NCBI RefSeq assembly: GCF_001447785.1
Contig: NW_015163630.1
Span: forward strand, 37,272 to 101,271
Source: Gekko japonicus
Lineage: Eukaryota
Reading direction: 5' to 3'
DNA length: 64,000 nucleotides
Below the pieces are notes generated by a model. The model was not told the DNA's origin. It searched no databases and saw only the letters and a program-made list of their open reading frames with translations. Each line of letters starts with the position of its first letter. Within the stretch, counting starts at the first letter, position 1. Made by a program: the position numbers and the translations under genes. Positions 58,924-64,000 of the stretch are shown here, piece after piece.

Positions 58924-60034
58924 TTTGATTTCTATACTGGAATCTAGTTTGCATTTGGGACTGCATTCTTTCTACTGCTCTACGTCTTTGTCTTTTAGTA
59001 TCTTTTTCTTTCTCTCTCTCTCTTTCTTCGTTTCTTTCTTGGCTTAATTCTCTCTGTGATGCTTCTGTTTTATCTTCTTGTTCTTTAGCGCATTCTCCCT
59101 CTTCTTCATCCTCCTCTTCTTCTCCTTCTTCCCTTTGCCACCCCAGATTTTCGCCTTCATTATCAAGGAAATTTTCTAATTTAAAAATTGAGTTTATTCG
59201 GTATCGTTTACCTTTATATGAGAAAAGGACTCCTTCTGGGATTAACCATCTGAATGTAATTTCATTTTCTTTCAGTAAATCTGTTAAAATATTGTAGTTA
59301 AATCTTTTCTCCCTGACTCTCCAAGGCACATCTTTGAGTATCCTAATTTCCTTTTCATTTATAACTACTTTAGCTTCATTTGCCGCTTTCAATATTTTAT
59401 TTCTGGTTTCTTTTTTATAGAATTTTACGTGGGCCTCTCTGGGTAGCTTTTTTCTCTTGGCATAGGCTGAATTTCTTCTAAACACTGTTTCTATTTCTCC
59501 ATAAATATTATCTTTAGTGTCAATATTTAATTGCTCTGCAAAGGATCCTGCTATAACTTCTTTTAAACTGTCTTCAATTTCTTCTGGGATGTTCTGACAT
59601 CTAATTATAAATTCCGCTCTTTCCATTTCAAAATTTATAACAGTTTCCTCTAGTTTCTCATTTTTTACTTTCATTTCTTGCATTTCTGCATCCAACATTT
59701 GCGTTTTTTCTACCAATTTGTTAGAGGTTTTTGCAATTTTAGTTATTTCTTTTTTATTTTCAACCATCTGCTTCTTAATTTCCTCCGTTTCCGTTTTAAT
59801 TTGGTTTGCAATCTCTTCCATCCTATCACTTATGGGAGTTATTTCTTTCTTAATTAGGTTTGGTAAAGTTACTTCCATGTTCTGTTGGAACATTAATGCC
59901 AAACTTTCTTGTATATATTGTTTAAGTTCTTTCATTGATTGTTGAGAAATATTAGAGGTTAATTGGGATATATTTCCTGCCTGTCCTGGGGAAGGTATGG
60001 ACCCTTTTCTGTTACTTCCTGCTCCTGATGCCAT
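58889..60034 (-). CDS. L1 ORF1p (coiled coil, RRM-like region, CTD, acidic tail), 381 aa, intact
   Basis: Heptad-rich N-half, IRCQNIPE, PRE..VKF, IRILKD and FRWLIP motifs; directly upstream of ORF2. Confidence 0.9.
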   Translation of the reverse strand: MASGAGSNRKGSIPSPGQAGNISQLTSNISQQSMKELKQYIQESLALMFQQNMEVTLPNLIKKEITPISDRMEEIANQIKTETEEIKKQMVENKKEITKIAKTSNKLVEKTQMLDAEMQEMKVKNEKLEETVINFEMERAEFIIRCQNIPEEIEDSLKEVIAGSFAEQLNIDTKDNIYGEIETVFRRNSAYAKRKKLPREAHVKFYKKETRNKILKAANEAKVVINEKEIRILKDVPWRVREKRFNYNILTDLLKENEITFRWLIPEGVLFSYKGKRYRINSIFKLENFLDNEGENLGWQREEGEEEEDEEEGECAKEQEDKTEASQRELSQERNEEREREKEKDTKRQRRRAVERMQSQMQTRFQYRNQNAGTKNKYNDK

Positions 60035-61254
60035 TATTTACTGTATTTACTGTACTTGCTGTAATTGTTGTGTTTATTTTCGCTTGGGTATTTTTTGTTA
60101 CCCTTTAATAACTTTTTTTTTTTTTACCCTCTCTTTTGGATCACACTGGGTGCTAGTCTACCTTTAAGTGTCTCTGCCTTAGGTTGTATTTATGTTTACT
60201 TTTGGTTGCACGTATATATGTAATGTCACTTTAATTCCACTTTATTCTACTTTATTCTAATTTCAATTAAAGTCTCTTAATTTCCCCTTCTCTCCTTCAC
60301 TCGTGTCTTCCTCTCTGCTGTTCACTTCCACTTCTGTTCACCCCTATGCGCTATTAACCTTGCCTCTTTGTAAACAAGCGTCTCTTTTAGCTTCCGGGTT
60401 CTGCGTCTCCTCCTGTAACTTTCCTCCGCGTCTACTTGCTTCCGCTGCTGTTTTTTTTTCCACTGTTCAACTGCTCAGCCGTCCCTCTGCTCTTGTCTCC
60501 TCTTCCTGGTCTGTCTCCACCTCTTTTGTCACGCCTCCCTCTCCGCGCTGCACTGTGACGTCACCTCTCCTCCGCTCCTTCTCGTCGCCGCCGAGATCGA
60601 AGGGAAAAGGAAAAAACGCCTCGTCACCCGGGAGCCCTCTCCTCCTCCGTCTTAAAGGAACCGACTTGTTCTGCAAACTGGAGATAAAGTTATAGGTTAT
60701 GTAATATTTATTTTCCAATCCTTTTGCGCTTAACTGATTTTCGTTCCTCTTTCTGTGCGCTCTGTTAGTAGCCGCTTTTTCCCCCCCCCTCTAGCCCCTT
60801 CCCACCCTTGCGCACAGCCTCTTAGTTCACCCCTCCTTTCTGCTCTTTAGTTTTCTTTTAAGCCTGTCGCACTTTGCATTTAATAATAATAAATTATAAA
60901 TGTACTTAGCTTCGCCTATTGTTGGGCAGTTCTCTTTGTAGACTCCTATGGTTCTGTGGTCTCGGCTATTGCAGGAGCTGACGGGACTTCTCGTCTCTCT
61001 TGCTTCTCACGCCTCCCTGCCTCGGAGCAAACCCAGAATTAACTGGGGGGGGTCGCCACCCTCCCCAGACCTGGGGGCGAGCTCCTTGCTAAGTCTCTCT
61101 CTACGGGAGAGAACTTTGCTTGTTGTATTTAGTCAATGGGAGGAGTAGAAAAGAGAAGAACGCTCAGAGCTCGAAAAGAGAAGAACGCGCAGAGCTCTCT
61201 CTCCGTGCGACCTCTCTCGTCGGGACCGGAACCGGATCCTCCAAGAAAGGTTAT

Positions 61255-62084
61255 TCTCGATTTAAGTTTGTTATTCTCATCTAGTAGTGTGTCATATGTT
61301 ATTCTACTGTGTTTTGCCATAAGTGTTGGCTTCACAAAAGCTTCCATTGATGAGACCCATCTAGGAATTTTTCTATAATATCTCTGTTTAATTGGGTCCC
61401 AAACTTTTACTAATGCTCCTCATATTATATGGTTCTGGAAATTGGAATGGATCTTATCCTTCTCGTACCAAACGTACGAGTGCCATCCCATATATAGGTC
61501 GTGCCCTTCCAACTTTAAACATCTTAAATCTTCCAACTTAATCCAATCTTTAATCCAACAAAGTGCAGCAGCCTGATAGTAAAACTTCCAATTCGGGACA
61601 CCAAAAACCCCTCTTTCTTTTTTCTCCTGTAGTAATTTTAATTTTATCCTTGCTCTTTTTGTATGCCAAATAAATTGCCTGGTTACTTTATCCAACTCTG
61701 TAAAGAAATTGTTTCTCTTGAGGACTGGAATATTCTGAGCTAAAAATAGAAATTTTGGCAATATGTTCATCTTAATCGTGGCAGTTTTCCCCATAAGAGA
61801 TAATTGCAGTTCTTTCCATTTGGCTAAATCTCTTTTAATCTCCCCCAATAATTTGTTATAGATTATTGTTTCTATTTGACAATGTAATCCCCAGATATCT
61901 GGCTTTTTCCACAATCTTCATATCTGATATTTTTTTAATTTCTTGAATCGTATCCTGAGAACAATTTTTAGTTAACAGTTTGGTTTTCTTAATATTAACT
62001 TTAAGTCCAGCTACTACTCCATATTCTCTTATTAAATCTAGTAAGTGTATCATTGAGACTTGAAGATTTTCCATTATAAACAAG
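61255..62084 (-). pseudogene. Internal ORF2 fragment of a second, diverged L1
   Basis: LFIMEN...EYG.VAGLKVN...RYLGITL...IKMNILPKFLFLAQ...LEGHDLYMGWH...YDTLLDENNKL; paralogous to the inner L1; has a frameshift and a premature stop. Confidence 0.9.
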
Positions 62085-63394
62085 CTTCGCCCCCCCTCTT
62101 TTCTCTTAAAAAAGTCTCTTCTTCCATTGGGGGGGGAAGCCTCCACCTCCCTTCCAATTTTCCCGGGGGAACGAACGCGTTTATAACGCCACTTCAAATT
62201 CGATCACCAACTCACAGTTCATCGCTTTTTCGCTTTTGTTCCGACTTTGCTTTAACGCTCCGACTTTGCTTTAACGCGTTGCTAGTCCCCATGCAGGGCA
62301 TGTCGCAGCCAGGGCCATTTGGGGCAGAGGGGGAGCCTCAATTCCCGACCTTCTGGCTGGCAAGAGGCTTTTTCCCTTAAGCGCTCCCTAGTTTGGAGCC
62401 CTTACCCTAGGGCTCCTTAGGATCTCCGCTTACGTGGCCCCCCGCCAGACTGCATGTGGGCGATCCGGCTCCGGAAGCGCCCCGAGAGCAGGTCGCCATT
62501 TGCGCCGCCCTGGCCGGAAGTCCGGCTCACACATTTTTGTCTTGGCTCAGGAAGGAGGGCTCCAGAGCAAACGAATTTATGCAGGAGCTAATTCTCTCGC
62601 TCACAACTTTAACGCCAGTAGCTCACAAAGTAGAATTTTTGCTCATGAGACTCCACAGCTTAGAGGGAACATTGCTCATGAGGAGTTACCATGTTAGTCT
62701 ATGGCAACCAAAACAACTATCTTGTGTCATTATTAATTATAGCATAAGCTTTTGTGACCCAGAACCCACTTCATTACACTCAGAAGGCATAAAAGTGTGT
62801 GTTCAGGGCATTACCACGATTCTCCAGAACAATTACACAAATCTTAGGTAATACAAAACACACACACCAAAAAAGATCACATAGTATTTTGTGTTTGGCT
62901 GCTTACCATAATCAGCAATGAGCATCTTCTTTGATTCTCCAAAAATCCCAGGCAGTGGCCTGGGAATGCAGCTCCTGGCTGCCACAAGACAGGTGTAGGG
63001 CCCAGCAGAGTTGCAGTTAAGGCTCTCTCCTTCCCCTTCCCTCCCTCCTTTGTGGTGGTGGGGCCCTTTCCCCCCTCTGCAAGTAGGATGGCTGGGGGAC
63101 TTTGTTCAAGGTCCCATAGAATTGGGCACCTTGGTCCAATTCACTTGAAACTTGGGGTAGGGGTGTCTTAGATTAGTGGATGAATATGTTCTTTGCACAT
63201 TTGGTGCCATTATATTTTTAAAAACAGCTACCCCAGATCCTCACATTTGTTCCCCACTGAAAATAATAGTCCCCCAAAAACATGGATTTTAAACCTGAAC
63301 TGGTAATGTCCTACCTGAAAACCAGCAATCGAGATAAGCCCCCCCCATATTCCACACAAGTAAAAGCAGATCTTTAGGTAGGGGTAGATGTCAT

Positions 63395-63596
63395 CAATGT
63401 TCCCTCTAAGCTGTGGAGTCTTGCGAGCAAAATTTCTACTTTGTGAGCTACTGGCATTAAATTTGTGAGTAATTCAGCTACTGCATTAATTAGTTTGCTC
63501 TGGAGCCATCCTTCCTGAGCTAAGACAAAAATGTGTGAGCCGGATGCTAAAAAACTGTGAGCTAGCTCACACTAACTCAGCTTAGAGGGAACACTG
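63395..63596 (-). mobile_element. hAT MITE family A, copy 5
   Basis: TIRs present; perfect TSD GATGTCAT. Confidence 0.9.
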
Positions 63597-64000
63597 GATG
63601 TCATTACCAAAGTAGAACAAGAGTTGGGAATGCTCTAATTGGAATGTTCTGTATTGAGCAGGTTGGACTAGTCCGCCTATAAGATCCCATTCGAGTTTAT
63701 TATTTCATGAAAAAAGAAGTGTGTTAAATGATACTCATGATGAGGGAAAACTCTGAAACCCCCTCCCCACAAAAAATCCAGAATTCCATTTTGTTTTGGC
63801 ATTGAGAACATTTAGATGGGTATTTGTGAAACCCTCACCCAGAATGTTTGACCCTCTGACAGAGGGAAATATTTTTGAGGCTTTTGACATTTCCAGTTCT
63901 GATCACAGGGTGTACTGGGGGGGGGGGATCTTTCAACTATGAAAAATGTTTTAGAACACTGTCAAAAAAGCAGGTTTCACATTGTATCAAGGGCATAAAT

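Larger units (their letters stand above)
55084..61245 (-). mobile_element. Full-length L1-clade LINE (inner element)
   Basis: About 1.2-kb 5' UTR, ORF1, ORF2, 3' UTR of about 75 nt with AATAAA and a poly(A) at 55084-55095. Confidence 0.92.
54674..62520 (-). mobile_element. Composite L1-type retroposon insertion
   Basis: Flanked by an 18-bp duplication TCCGGCTCACACATTTTT (54656-54673 and 62521-62538); AATAAA plus poly(A) at the 3' end; GC-rich 5' end beginning (GGA)CTTCCGG. Confidence 0.9.
54604..62674 (+). mobile_element. hAT MITE family A, copy 4, split by the L1 composite (halves 54604-54673 and 62521-62674)
   Basis: Both TIRs present; perfect TSD CTCATGAG at 54596-54603 and 62675-62682. 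Confidence 0.92.

Noticed and set aside
60303-60718. 130-aa (+) and 83-aa (-) ORFs in the L1 5' UTR
   Set aside because: Low-complexity purine/pyrimidine-biased sequence with non-ATG starts

Overview
Vertebrate genomic DNA. The repeat content (BovB, CR1, L2, 5S/Sauria-type SINE, TAGGGTTGCC-ended MITEs) points to a squamate reptile, probably a gecko (inference). No host protein-coding exon or RNA gene could be recognised; the window looks intergenic or intronic and is dominated by mobile DNA. Main contents: (1) the 3' end of a chromodomain-bearing Ty3/Gypsy retrotransposon (pol C-terminus, PPT, 332-bp 3' LTR; 1-516), which the ORF track misses; (2) a full-length BovB/RTE LINE with an uninterrupted 1009-aa ORF and an 11-bp TSD (23235-26449); (3) a 7.85-kb composite L1-type insertion (54674-62520) that splits a hAT MITE and has one 18-bp TSD. 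It is built from an outer 5'UTR and an acidic ORF1-like 3' end (HAL1-like), an internal fragment of a second L1 ORF2, and a full-length L1. In that L1, about 120 bp of ORF2 is replaced by an antisense segment that translates like Gypsy integrase, possibly copied from the element at the window start; (4) many hAT and Harbinger MITEs with TSDs, solo LTRs, SINEs, CR1/L2 fragments and Penelope-type remnants with hammerhead-ribozyme-like cores. Family names come from motif recognition, not database searches.
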